From: Escherichia coli
Lineage (GTDB): Bacteria; Pseudomonadota; Gammaproteobacteria; Enterobacterales; Enterobacteriaceae
Length of the DNA: 64,000 nucleotides
Strand: one strand, 5' to 3'
Assembly: GCF_030013595.1 (NCBI RefSeq)
Contig: NZ_CP122768.1
Position 1 is the first letter of the stretch; each line of letters starts with the position of its first letter. Both the position numbers and the translations under genes were made by a program. This document shows, one piece after another, positions 11,651 to 21,936 of this stretch. The notes beneath the pieces are model-generated. The model ran no database searches. It was not told the DNA's origin and saw only the letters and a program-made list of their open reading frames with translations.

Positions 11651-13219
11651 TTAGCGTGCCGGCTGAGTAGTCGTGGAAGACTGCTCAAAGTGATAGCGAC
11701 CGGTTTTCAGGCTGCTTGGGCCGAGGCGTGCAAACTTGAACATTAAGAACAATTCTGCCACCAGGAACAGGGTATACAGGCCGCAAATCAGCACCATTGA
11801 GAAGATGAGATCGCCTGCGGTCAGTGACGAGTTCGCCACAGCTGTCGGCAGCACTTCACCGATAGCCCACGGTTGGCGGCCATATTCAGCCACAAACCAG
11901 CCCGCTTCTACAGCAATCCACGGCAGCGGAATACCGTACAGCGCGGCGCGCAGCAGCCATTTTTTCTCGCCAATGCGGTTGCGGATGACACTCCAGAAAG
12001 AGAGCGCGATGATTGCCAGCAGCAGGAAGCCACACGCCACCATGATACGGAACGCGAAGTACAGCGGCGCTACACGCGGAATGGAGTCTTTGGTTGCCTG
12101 TTGAATCTGCGCTTCAGTCGCATCAGCCACGTTTGGCGTATAGCGTTTCAGCAGCAGACCGTAACCGAGGTCTTTCTTCATGCTATTGAACTGGTCACGA
12201 ACCGCCTGGTCGGTAGAACCAGAACGCAGTTGCTCGAGCAGAGAGTACGCCTTCATCCCGTTACGAATGCGTTCTTCATGCTGCACCATCAGTTCTTTCA
12301 GGCCGATAACTGGAGTATCCACGGAACGCGTTGCAATGATACCCAGCGCGTAAGGGATCTGGATCGCAAATTTGTTCGTCTCCTCTTCCTGATCAGGAAT
12401 GCCGAACAGAGTAAAGGCAGCAGGCGCAGGTTGCGTTTCCCACTCGGCTTCAATAGCAGCCAGTTTGGTTTTCTGCACGTCGCCCATTTCGTAACCAGAT
12501 TCATCACCCAGAACAATAACAGACAGAACGGCAGCCATACCGAAGCTGGCAGCGATAGCAAAGGAGCGTTTAGCGAAGGCGAAGTCACGACCTTTCAGCA
12601 TATACCATGCGCTGATACCGAGGATGAACATCGCGCCAGTCACATAACCAGACGCTACAGTGTGAACGAATTTCACCTGAGCAACCGGGTTAAGCACCAG
12701 CTCGGAGAAGCTCACCATCTCCATACGCATAGTTTCAAAGTTGAAATCAGACGCGATTGGGTTTTGCATCCAGCCGTTCGCAACCAGAATCCACAGTGCG
12801 GACAGGTTTGAACCGAGCGCCACCAGCCAGGTGACACACATATGCTGAACTTTACCCAGACGATCCCAACCGAAGAAGAACAGACCTACAAAGGTGGATT
12901 CGAGGAAGAAGGCCATTAGACCTTCGATTGCCAGCGGCGCACCGAAGATATCCCCTACATAGTGGGAATAGTAAGACCAGTTAGTCCCGAACTGGAACTC
13001 CATGGTCAGACCGGTAGCCACACCCAGAGCGAAGTTGATACCAAACAACTTGCCCCAGAACTTGGTCATATCTTTATAAATCTGTTTGCCGGAAAGGACG
13101 TAGACCGTTTCCATAATGGCCAGCAGGAACGCCATACCGAGCGTCAGTGGCACAAAAAGGAAGTGGTACATCGCGGTCAAGGCAAACTGTAAGCGCGACA
13201 GTTCGACTATATCTAACAT
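11651..13219 (-). CDS. cydA: cytochrome bd-I ubiquinol oxidase subunit I
   Basis: 522 aa from the second Met ([12 protein letters not shown]...); Q-loop region present. Confidence 0.96.
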
Positions 13220-13556
13220 CATGACTCCTTGCTCATCGCATGAAGACTCCGAGAGTGAACCCCGTTAGAAAGGGTCACACGCATGCCCCAATACAAAATT
13301 ATTTGCTCGCCTCTATCGTTGCCATTTCATCAAAAGAGGAAAAGACAATGATAAAAAAGTTACAAATATGTTAATGAATAAACCAAATTGATCCCGTAAT
13401 TATATTACGCCGCAAAATCCTTACAATAAACAGGTTTTTATTGAGCAAATTTGCATTTTTCGACAGTGATCAATTTATAGCGAAATTGTCACGATCTCAC
13501 CAATTTGATCTACGACAATTTATCGTGTTTTGCAGATTTTTTTCAAGAATTAAAAA

Positions 13557-13570
13557 TTGATTTATATCAA
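13557..13570. promoter_or_regulatory. FNR-consensus palindrome TTGAT-N4-ATCAA in the cydA upstream region
   Basis: perfect match to the FNR half-site palindrome about 340 bp upstream of the cydA start; cydAB is known to be FNR/ArcA regulated. Confidence 0.55.
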
Positions 13571-14024
13571 AATCAACCAAATATGTTAATTATGTATAAA
13601 CCATAGATCATTGGTAATTTTATTGTTAATTTATTGTGAAATATTTATGCAACACAATTATTACAATGAAAAAGTATAGATAAAAAACCAGTGTTTTATT
13701 TAACAGAACCGCCCTATCCACTTTTTATAATACCAATTGATTAGAGTAGCCAATTTGTTGCTATTTTACATAACATATTTTTATCAAAGTTAATTGATTG
13801 TTGCCTTTATGAGCACCGGCCGTAAGCCCGTTATGTTATTGTTTCATTAGTAATAATCACTTAAATGTATCGATGAAACAGGTATGACTTAGCGGGAGTG
13901 ATTGTTTCTGAGTGAACAGAGACCACTTTCGCCTGATAAATGAAAAATGAGCGATTTTTGCAAGTTAGTTTTTCTATAGCCGAGTACGCTCAGCGCCTCG
14001 CTTGATTACAATGAGGTTGCTGCT

Positions 14025-14969
14025 ATGAGTCCTGATAATATCAGTTCTGCTGTCAATCGCTTCTCAGGTTGGCCATCTAATGATCCTCTAAAAACAGATA
14101 AAGAATCAATGACATCACCCATGACTGTGCAGGTAATAAAGATGATTGCCGCCATCCTTGACCCACATCGGATAGTCGTTGGAATCGATACACTTTATAC
14201 AACGCAGCGCGAAACATTTACCTCAGAGAGTCAACAGCTCATTGAATCAGCATTGCAAACACTTCATGTGATGAATTTAAATAACCTGGAAACAAATCTC
14301 GATGAGGAAGGTCACTATCTGGCTTTTGGATATAACGTTGACACTCCTGACAGAATAACCGTTTCTGCTTATAATGAAAAAAAGCCTGGCTGCTATGGCC
14401 AATGTCTTTTAATACAGGATGACGAAACAGACTTATTTAACCTGATAAAAGTTAAAATTTTTGAAGCCAGGCATAATTATGTCGCTCAATTGATGAGCGA
14501 TCCGGAATTTATGTTCAAATTTAGTTATAGCGCTCAACAAAATAGATTAGAACCTCATCTTCTGGTTCCCACTTATTTCCCTCTAAAAACAAACGAACCG
14601 GTTACGCAAGAGGATGTACTGTTACTTTATCGTTTCTTTAAAATGGATGGTGATTTTAATATATTAACATCAGATGAATACATGAGTATCATGACACCTC
14701 TAATGAAGTGTGAGCGTAGCATCCACGACCACAACAGGTATGTGACGGGCAAAGATCCCCTTCTTCTGGACTATCCTCCTTCTGGTAACCAGATATATTT
14801 CCATATTTTTCCTGACGAATCAGCAACACTAGTCCTTTATTTTTCAAACAATGACATTGAATGTTTCGTCTTTGAAAGAGATATTCCGAGCCAGTATCGC
14901 TTTTTCAAAATGTTTACCAATCTGGCACTGGTTATTGATCAGTTAACCGATGCCAATCAAATACTTTAA
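14025..14969 (+). CDS. hypothetical protein, 314 aa, low GC, no recognisable domain
   Basis: clean ORF with a GAGG Shine-Dalgarno 8 nt upstream; polar Ser/Pro-rich N-terminus; no signal peptide or TM segment; AT-rich codon usage unlike flanking core genes. Confidence 0.7.
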   Translation: MSPDNISSAVNRFSGWPSNDPLKTDKESMTSPMTVQVIKMIAAILDPHRIVVGIDTLYTTQRETFTSESQQLIESALQTLHVMNLNNLETNLDEEGHYLAFGYNVDTPDRITVSAYNEKKPGCYGQCLLIQDDETDLFNLIKVKIFEARHNYVAQLMSDPEFMFKFSYSAQQNRLEPHLLVPTYFPLKTNEPVTQEDVLLLYRFFKMDGDFNILTSDEYMSIMTPLMKCERSIHDHNRYVTGKDPLLLDYPPSGNQIYFHIFPDESATLVLYFSNNDIECFVFERDIPSQYRFFKMFTNLALVIDQLTDANQIL

Positions 14970-15049
14970 TTTTTATATATTCCCTGTGGCAAATATTGCT
15001 AAACAATGCCCGGGGATTAATTTTTATTACTCACGGAAAGATTTAAATA

Positions 15050-15472
15050 ATGATCCCATCTCAAATCTCTTTCAACACCCTTCCTGTCAATGCAACATAC
15101 GCTTCAGAGACAACAGTTGACACACAAAAATTCTCTGACATCCTCTACTCAGCGGGGTGTTCCCTAAAGGATCTGGCTTATCTGAGCAGATGTCTGGCAT
15201 CAATACATCCGACTATCGCCAAAAACATTTATGAAACAGAAAATCTCAGCGATCAAAAATTACTACATATTGATTGCCGTAGTACAAATGAAATCAAGAT
15301 AAATATCTTTTTTGGTCAACAACGAGAAGGATTAATTGAAATTAGTTCTGACACAGTCATTTTTTCGATACTGTCTTCATTGATTGACTCCACCATTTCT
15401 AAATTTCAACACCAAAACCCCGTTAACGGTTCTGTAAATCCTGACCTATTGTATGAGGATTATACTGATTAA
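15050..15472 (+). CDS. hypothetical small acidic protein, 140 aa, low GC
   Basis: ORF 80 bp downstream of the 314-aa gene on the same strand; acidic composition, no TM; no family recognised. Confidence 0.6.
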   Translation: MIPSQISFNTLPVNATYASETTVDTQKFSDILYSAGCSLKDLAYLSRCLASIHPTIAKNIYETENLSDQKLLHIDCRSTNEIKINIFFGQQREGLIEISSDTVIFSILSSLIDSTISKFQHQNPVNGSVNPDLLYEDYTD

Positions 15473-16019
15473 ATCCCTCCTGTCGCGAAAAATGGCCTGC
15501 GTTATTGCCAGACGTAATAAAACTTTTGATTAACGTTTCTCGTACTGGTAGCACCTTCATGTACTTTTCTTTTTTACGAAAAATCAAAAGAGCTAACAAA
15601 GGTCATAATTCGCATGAATCATTAATTATTTGTTATTTTCAACATTATTTTTACATTAAGCAGAGATGAATTGCAGTGAAATTCGACTTAATTTTTATGA
15701 AATGCATTTACTCATGGCTAAAGCCACGTCACAAAAATGCAAATTAGAAGTTGATCACAATTATCTCAATACATCAAATCAAGTTAATTTTAAAAATTTA
15801 ACATTCATGACACTAGTTGACATAACACACTGAATTAAAATGAGAATTTGGAAACACACTTTAAACAATCATTTCCCGAAAGACATTTTGAAAATAGATC
15901 AATTGCAACATTACGGTCAGATAAAGACACTCCTGTGATATTAAACCTGTGCCGTTATGAACGGCCATAAATACGACGTGTGTAACTTATTTTACTCTCT
16001 GTCTTACAAAGGATTACCC

Positions 16020-16469
16020 ATGAAGAAAGCAACACTTGTGATTGGCGTTATTGGCGCGGACTGCCATGCAGTAGGCAATAAAGTTCTGGACCGCGTTTTT
16101 AGCAACCATGGCTTCAGAGTCATTAATCTGGGCGTAATGGTCAGCCAGGACGAATATATTGATGCTGCCATTGAAACTGGCGCTGACGCGATTGTCGTCT
16201 CCTCTATCTATGGGCATGGCGATATCGACTGTCTGGGCATGCGCGAACGCTGCATCGAGCGTGGACTGGGTGACATCCTGCTCTATGTGGGCGGTAACCT
16301 GGTGGTCGGAAAACATGACTTCGCTGACGTGGAAACCAAATTTAAAGAGATGGGATTTGATCGCGTCTTTGCCCCAAGTCATGACTTAGAAGATGTTTGT
16401 CAGCTGATGGCCCACGATATCAACCAACGTCATGACGTTGATACTCGCATTCTTGAAGAGGCAATCTGA
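16020..16469 (+). CDS. glmS: glutamate mutase sigma (S) subunit, cobalamin-binding
   Basis: start placed at [21 protein letters not shown] after an AAGGA Shine-Dalgarno; the D-x-H-x-x-G B12-binding motif (DCHAVG) is present; similar to clostridial MutS/GlmS. Confidence 0.9.
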   Translation: MKKATLVIGVIGADCHAVGNKVLDRVFSNHGFRVINLGVMVSQDEYIDAAIETGADAIVVSSIYGHGDIDCLGMRERCIERGLGDILLYVGGNLVVGKHDFADVETKFKEMGFDRVFAPSHDLEDVCQLMAHDINQRHDVDTRILEEAI

Positions 16470-17857
16470 TGCAAATCGTCTCTGTCGATATTGGATCGAC
16501 GTGGACCAAAGCAGCCCTCTTCGCCCGGGAGGGGGACGCGTTAACGTTGGTTAACCACGTACTGACCCCAACCACCACCCATCATCTGGCGAAGGGGTTT
16601 TTCTCCAGCCTGAACCTGGTGTTAAACGTAGATAATGCCCTCCCCCTGTTTAACAGCGGTGAGGTTACATTGAAGTATTCCTCCTCTGCCAAAGGTGGGC
16701 TGGCGGTTGCCGCAATGGGATTGGTGCCTTCTATCACCCTGGAAACCGCGAAAGTAACCGCTCACTCTGCGGGGGCTAAAATTGCGCAATATTACTCCTA
16801 CAAGCTGAACCGCCGTGATATCCAGGCACTGGAAGAAACGCAGCCCGATATTCTCTTGTTCACCGGCGGCACCGACGGCGGAGAAGAAAGCTACGGCCTG
16901 AATAACGCCCGTGTGCTGGCAGAATCCAAACTCGACTGCGCCATTATTTATGCCGGAAACCGGGATATTCAGGACGAAGTGCAGGAGATCCTAGGGCATA
17001 AAGACCTGACCATCGTCGACAACGTTCTGCCCGATCTTGACCATCCGAACCCTTTAGCCGCACGCCAGGCTATCTGCGACATATTCCTTAAACGCATCGT
17101 TAAAGGGAAAGGGCTGGATGTCGTTGTTGATAAAACAGGCGAAGAACCAATGCCGACACCATGGACGGTCTTTGAACTGGTTAAGGCAATCAGTAACGTC
17201 GATCACAGCTGGAAAGAGTTCATGCTGATCGACATGGGCGGCGCAACCACCGATGTCTATTCCGCCTGTGCCAACACGCTCTCGCCCGACACCGTTTTAC
17301 ACGGCGTACCGGAACCCTTCGTGAAACGGACGGTGGAAGGCGATCTGGGAATGCGCGTCTCGGCAATGGTGGTTGGTGAAAGTGCGAAAGAGTTAGTCAA
17401 TGTGAATTTTGCTCAGCAACCCGCACAGCTGGACGCTTTTTATCATTACCTCCGTCATCTAGTCGCTCATCCCGACTACTTACCCGCGAATGCAGAAGAA
17501 AAATATTTCGATACCGTCCTGGCCGGACTGTGTGTGGGTTATGCCACCGAAAGACATGCGGGCACCAAAAAAGAGGTCTGCACCTGCGTCGGCAATGTCG
17601 ATTTACAGATGGGACGTGACCTGACAACCGTGCGTAAAGTCGTCGGATCCGGCGGATGGCTCTCGCGTGCCAGTCAGTTCGATATGCATCACTGGTTGAA
17701 ATACCGCGAGTTAAACGACGACGGTAAACGCATTCTCTTACCGACCGAATTTGAATATTACCGCGATTCCCGGGGGCTATTACCACTGCTGGCAAACGTC
17801 GCCAGAGTCGATCCTCTGGCCGCCGCGCGCACCAGTATTCAATGCTTAACCCTATAA
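16469..17857 (+). CDS. glmL: glutamate mutase-associated protein L (MutL/GlmL, putative reactivase)
   Basis: 462-aa ORF between the S and E subunit genes, as in clostridial glutamate mutase operons. Confidence 0.85.
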   Translation: MQIVSVDIGSTWTKAALFAREGDALTLVNHVLTPTTTHHLAKGFFSSLNLVLNVDNALPLFNSGEVTLKYSSSAKGGLAVAAMGLVPSITLETAKVTAHSAGAKIAQYYSYKLNRRDIQALEETQPDILLFTGGTDGGEESYGLNNARVLAESKLDCAIIYAGNRDIQDEVQEILGHKDLTIVDNVLPDLDHPNPLAARQAICDIFLKRIVKGKGLDVVVDKTGEEPMPTPWTVFELVKAISNVDHSWKEFMLIDMGGATTDVYSACANTLSPDTVLHGVPEPFVKRTVEGDLGMRVSAMVVGESAKELVNVNFAQQPAQLDAFYHYLRHLVAHPDYLPANAEEKYFDTVLAGLCVGYATERHAGTKKEVCTCVGNVDLQMGRDLTTVRKVVGSGGWLSRASQFDMHHWLKYRELNDDGKRILLPTEFEYYRDSRGLLPLLANVARVDPLAAARTSIQCLTL

Positions 17858-17875
17858 CAATTAAGGCTGCAATCA

Positions 17876-19321
17876 ATGGAACTTCGAAATAAGAAATTAA
17901 CCCATGACGAATTCATGACCGAGCGGCAACAGGTACTGAAAACCTGGGAAACCGGCAAGGATGTTGAAAACTTTGAAGATGGCGTTAAATACCAACAAAC
18001 CATTCCTGAGCATAAACGCTTCTCTCTTGCGCTGTTGAAAGCAGACAAGGAAGGTAAAACCCTTAGCCAACCGCGCGCAGGTGTGGCGCTGATGGACGAA
18101 CACATCGAACTACTGAAAACACTACAAGAAGAGTGCGATCTGCTGCCGAGCACTATCGATGCATATACCCGTCTGAATCGGTACGAAGAAGCGGCTGTAG
18201 GGATTAAAAAATCCATCGAAGCCGGAACCTCTAAACTGAACGGTTTGCCGGTAGTTAACCATGGCGTCGCAGCTTGCCGTCGCCTCACCGAAACCCTGCA
18301 AAAACCGCTACAGATCCGCCACGGCACGCCAGATGCGCGTCTGCTGGCTGAAATCTCAATGGCCAGCGGCTTTACCAGTTATGAAGGCGGTGGCATTTCC
18401 TACAACATTCCGTATGCCAAACGCGTAACGCTGGAAAAATCGATCCGCGACTGGCAGTACTGCGACCGTTTAATGGGGATGTATGAAGAACACGGGATCC
18501 GCATCAACCGCGAACCGTTTGGCCCACTAACGGGTACGCTGATCCCGCCGTTTATCTCGCACTCTATCGCGATAATCGAAGGCTTGCTGGCGCTGGAACA
18601 GGGTGTGAAATCTATCACCGTTGGTTATGGACAGGTCGGCAGCCTGACGCAGGATGTTGCGGCGATCCAGTCTCTGCGTGAACTTGCACACGAATATTTT
18701 CAGAGCTATGGCTATACCGACTATGAATTAAGTACCGTGTTTCACCAGTGGATGGGCGGCTTTCCGGAAGACGAATCGAAAGCGTTCGCTATTATCTCCT
18801 GGGGCGCAGCCGTCGCGGGGATGTCTGGTGCCACCAAAGTCATCACCAAAAGTCCGCACGAAGCCTGGGGCATCCCGACTGCCGCTGCCAACATTCAGGG
18901 GCTGAAAGCCTCCCGCCAGATGCTCAACATGGTCAACGAGCAGAAATTCCCGCCGTGCCCTGCGGTTGAACTGGAAATTGAACTGATTAAGAGCGAGGTT
19001 CGCGCGGTACTGAATAAAGTGTTCGAACTGGGTAATGGTGATATTGCGCGCGGTACGGTGCTGGCATTTGAAGCGGGCGTACTGGATGTGCCGTTTGCGC
19101 CAGCCGCCTGCAACGCGGGCAAAATTCTTCCGGTCCGTGACAACACCGGCGCGATACGCGTACTGGAAGCCGGAGCCGTTCCATTGCCAAAAGATATTCT
19201 CGACCTCCACCACGATTACGTTGCTGAACGCGCACGCTTTGAAGGACGCCAACCGACATTCCAGATGGTTGTAGATGACATCAATGCTGTATCCCACAGT
19301 AAATTAATAGGAAGACCATAA
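17876..19321 (+). CDS. glmE: glutamate mutase epsilon (E) subunit
   Basis: 481 aa with strong collinear similarity to clostridial GlmE (e.g. PRAGVALxDEHIELL, REPFGPLTGTL, VFHQWMGGFP). Confidence 0.92.
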   Translation: MELRNKKLTHDEFMTERQQVLKTWETGKDVENFEDGVKYQQTIPEHKRFSLALLKADKEGKTLSQPRAGVALMDEHIELLKTLQEECDLLPSTIDAYTRLNRYEEAAVGIKKSIEAGTSKLNGLPVVNHGVAACRRLTETLQKPLQIRHGTPDARLLAEISMASGFTSYEGGGISYNIPYAKRVTLEKSIRDWQYCDRLMGMYEEHGIRINREPFGPLTGTLIPPFISHSIAIIEGLLALEQGVKSITVGYGQVGSLTQDVAAIQSLRELAHEYFQSYGYTDYELSTVFHQWMGGFPEDESKAFAIISWGAAVAGMSGATKVITKSPHEAWGIPTAAANIQGLKASRQMLNMVNEQKFPPCPAVELEIELIKSEVRAVLNKVFELGNGDIARGTVLAFEAGVLDVPFAPAACNAGKILPVRDNTGAIRVLEAGAVPLPKDILDLHHDYVAERARFEGRQPTFQMVVDDINAVSHSKLIGRP

Positions 19322-20562
19322 TGAAAATAAAACAGGCTCTGTTCACCGCTGGCTACTCCTCATTCTATTTCGATGACCAGCAGGCGATAAAAAACGGAGC
19401 GGGTCATGACGGCTTTTTTTATACCGGGGAGCCAGTAACACAGGGGTTTAACGCCGTACGTCAGGCCGGGGAGTGCGTATCGGTACAGTTGATTCTGGAA
19501 AACGGCGCGGTCGCCGTAGGTGACTGTGCTGCCGTACAGTATTCCGGGGCAGGTGGTCGCGATCCACTGTTCCTCGCAGAGCACTTTATTCCGTTCCTCA
19601 ACGACCATATCAAGCCATTACTGGTAGGCCGCGATGTGGATGCTTTCCTGCCGAATGCCCGTTTCTTCGACAAATTGCGTATTGACGGCAACTTGCTACA
19701 TACCGCCGTGCGCTACGGATTATCACAGGCGCTGCTTGATGCTACCGCGCTGGCAACCGGCCGTCTGAAAACTGAAGTAGTTTGCGATGAATGGCAGTTG
19801 CCACGCGTGGCGGAATCCATTCCATTATTTGGTCAGAGCGGTGACGATCGATATATCGCCGTCGATAAGATGATCCTTAAGGGCATCGACGTGCTGCCCC
19901 ATGCACTGATTAATAACGTCGAAGAGAAACTAGGCTTTAAAGGTGAAAAACTGCGCGAATATGTCCGCTGGCTGTCGGATCGTATTCTGAGCAAGCGCAC
20001 CAGCGCACGCTACCACCCTACCCTGCACATCGATGTATACGGCACTATCGGTCTGATCTTCGATATGGATCCGCTTCGCTGTGCGCAATACATCGCCAGC
20101 CTGGAAAAAGAAGCGCAAGGCCTGCCGCTCTACATTGAAGGGCCGGTCGATGCCGGTAACAAGCCCGATCAAATTCGCCTGCTGACCGCGATTACCAAAG
20201 AGCTGACGCGCCTCGGTTCCGGCGTGAAAATTGTGGCCGATGAATGGTGTAACACCTACCAGGATATTGTTGATTTTACTGATGCCGCCAGTTGCCACAT
20301 GGTGCAAATCAAAACCCCGGATCTGGGCAGTATTCACAACATCGTCGATGCGGTTCTTTACTGCAACAGCCACAGCATGGAAGCGTACCAGGGCGGCACC
20401 TGCAATGAAACTGATGTCAGTGCCTGCACCTGTGTCCACGTCGCCCTTGCCGCTCGCCCTATGCGTATGCTGGTAAAGCCAGGGATGGGCTTTGACGAAG
20501 GCCTCGATATCGTCTTCAACGAAATGAATCGTACTATCGCGCTGTTGCAGGCTAAGGATTAA
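19321..20562 (+). CDS. mal: 3-methylaspartate ammonia-lyase (beta-methylaspartase)
   Basis: 413 aa; enolase-superfamily MAL motifs (AVQYSGAGGRDPLF, HMVQIKTPDLG, KPGMG); overlaps glmE stop (TAATG). Confidence 0.93.
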   Translation: MKIKQALFTAGYSSFYFDDQQAIKNGAGHDGFFYTGEPVTQGFNAVRQAGECVSVQLILENGAVAVGDCAAVQYSGAGGRDPLFLAEHFIPFLNDHIKPLLVGRDVDAFLPNARFFDKLRIDGNLLHTAVRYGLSQALLDATALATGRLKTEVVCDEWQLPRVAESIPLFGQSGDDRYIAVDKMILKGIDVLPHALINNVEEKLGFKGEKLREYVRWLSDRILSKRTSARYHPTLHIDVYGTIGLIFDMDPLRCAQYIASLEKEAQGLPLYIEGPVDAGNKPDQIRLLTAITKELTRLGSGVKIVADEWCNTYQDIVDFTDAASCHMVQIKTPDLGSIHNIVDAVLYCNSHSMEAYQGGTCNETDVSACTCVHVALAARPMRMLVKPGMGFDEGLDIVFNEMNRTIALLQAKD

Positions 20563-20565
20563 CAA

Positions 20566-21936
20566 ATGGCTCGTTCTTTTAAAGTCTTATCGCCAACGGC
20601 AATCCTCGGGTATGGATTCCCGGAAGAGAGCTTCCGTAAAGCGATGGCAGAATCGCCCGATCTGATCGCCGTTGATGCAGGCTCTTCCGATCCTGGCCCC
20701 CACTACCTCGGGGCGGGCAAACCGTTTACCGATCGCGCAGGGGTCAAGCGCGATCTGCGCTATATGATCACCGCAGGCGTGCAAAATAATATACCGGTGG
20801 TGATCGGAACGGCTGGCGGTTCTGGTGCCGCACCACACCTGGAGTGGTGCCGAGAAATAATTCATGAGATTGCCCGGGAAGAGCACCTCTCGTTCTCGAT
20901 GGCGTTGATCCCGGCAGACGTTGACAAAGCCATCGTCCACCAGGCGCTGGATAACGGCAAAATCACGGCGCTGGATTTTGTCCCGCCGTTAACCCACGAC
21001 GCGATTGACGAAAGTACGTATATCGTCGCGCAAATGGGCATCGAACCCTTCCAGCAGGCGCTGAAAGAAGGCGCGCAAGTGGTGCTGGGCGGGCGCGCTT
21101 ACGACCCGGCCTGCTTTGCTGCGCTACCGATCATGCAAGGCTTTGATGAAGGTCTGGCGCTGCATTGTGGGAAAATCCTTGAATGCGCGGCAATCGCCGC
21201 AACGCCCGGCTCAGGCTCTGACTGGGCGATGGGCATCATTGATGACAACGGCTTTACGCTGAAGACATTTAATCCGAAGCGTAAATTTACCGAAACGTCA
21301 GCGGCTGCACACACACTGTATGAGAAATCCGATCCCTACTTCCTGCCAGGACCTGGCGGCGTGTTGAACCTGAAAGACTGCACATTTAAAGCGGTCAATG
21401 ACGGCGAAGTGTACGTCAGCGGTTCTAAGCATGAAGAAACGCCGTATGCCCTGAAACTGGAAGGTGCGCGACGAGTGGGCTTCCGCTGTCTGACCATCGC
21501 AGGAACGCGCGACCCGATCATGATCGCCGGGATCGATAAAATCATCGATGAAGTCAAAACCAGCGTTTCGCGTAACCTGTCGCTCGACGATGACAGCATT
21601 CACATCAATTTCCACCTGTACGGCAAAAACGGGGTGATGGGCGACCATGAACCGATGCAAACTGCCGGGCATGAGCTGGGGATTGTCCTTGATGTAGTTG
21701 CACCGACCCAGGAAATTGCCAATAGCGTTTGCTCGCTGGTGCGCTCTACCATGCTGCACTACGGCTATGAAAACCGCATCGCTACCGCAGGCAATCTGGC
21801 GTTCCCGTTCTCCCCTTCTGATATCCAGGGCGGGCCGGTATACGAATTTTCCATATATCACCTGATTGAAGCCAACGACGCTCTGCGTTTTGATTTCCAT
21901 ATTGAACAGGTGACGCCAGAAGGAGTTCAGGCATGA
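20566..21936 (+). CDS. DUF1446 (AtuA-like) family protein, function unknown
   Basis: 456-aa soluble ORF; family assignment from remembered N-terminal pattern, not verified. Confidence 0.6.
   Translation: MARSFKVLSPTAILGYGFPEESFRKAMAESPDLIAVDAGSSDPGPHYLGAGKPFTDRAGVKRDLRYMITAGVQNNIPVVIGTAGGSGAAPHLEWCREIIHEIAREEHLSFSMALIPADVDKAIVHQALDNGKITALDFVPPLTHDAIDESTYIVAQMGIEPFQQALKEGAQVVLGGRAYDPACFAALPIMQGFDEGLALHCGKILECAAIAATPGSGSDWAMGIIDDNGFTLKTFNPKRKFTETSAAAHTLYEKSDPYFLPGPGGVLNLKDCTFKAVNDGEVYVSGSKHEETPYALKLEGARRVGFRCLTIAGTRDPIMIAGIDKIIDEVKTSVSRNLSLDDDSIHINFHLYGKNGVMGDHEPMQTAGHELGIVLDVVAPTQEIANSVCSLVRSTMLHYGYENRIATAGNLAFPFSPSDIQGGPVYEFSIYHLIEANDALRFDFHIEQVTPEGVQA

Noticed and set aside
10466-12811. Long plus-strand ORFs (426 aa at 10466-11746 and 312 aa at 11873-12811)
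   Set aside because: Shadow ORFs antisense to cydB and cydA; His/Arg/Gln-rich translation typical of GC-rich antisense frames, no RBS context.
15957-16019. Upstream extension of glmS (track start at 15957, [21 protein letters not shown]...)
   Set aside because: The extension lacks an RBS and is not shared with clostridial GlmS/MutS; the ATG at 16020 has an AAGGA Shine-Dalgarno and matches the conserved N-terminus.
15473-16019. Cobalamin riboswitch upstream of the B12-dependent glutamate mutase operon
   Set aside because: No B12 box (GCCACTG) or recognisable riboswitch core was found by eye; kept only as a low-interest regulatory-leader finding.
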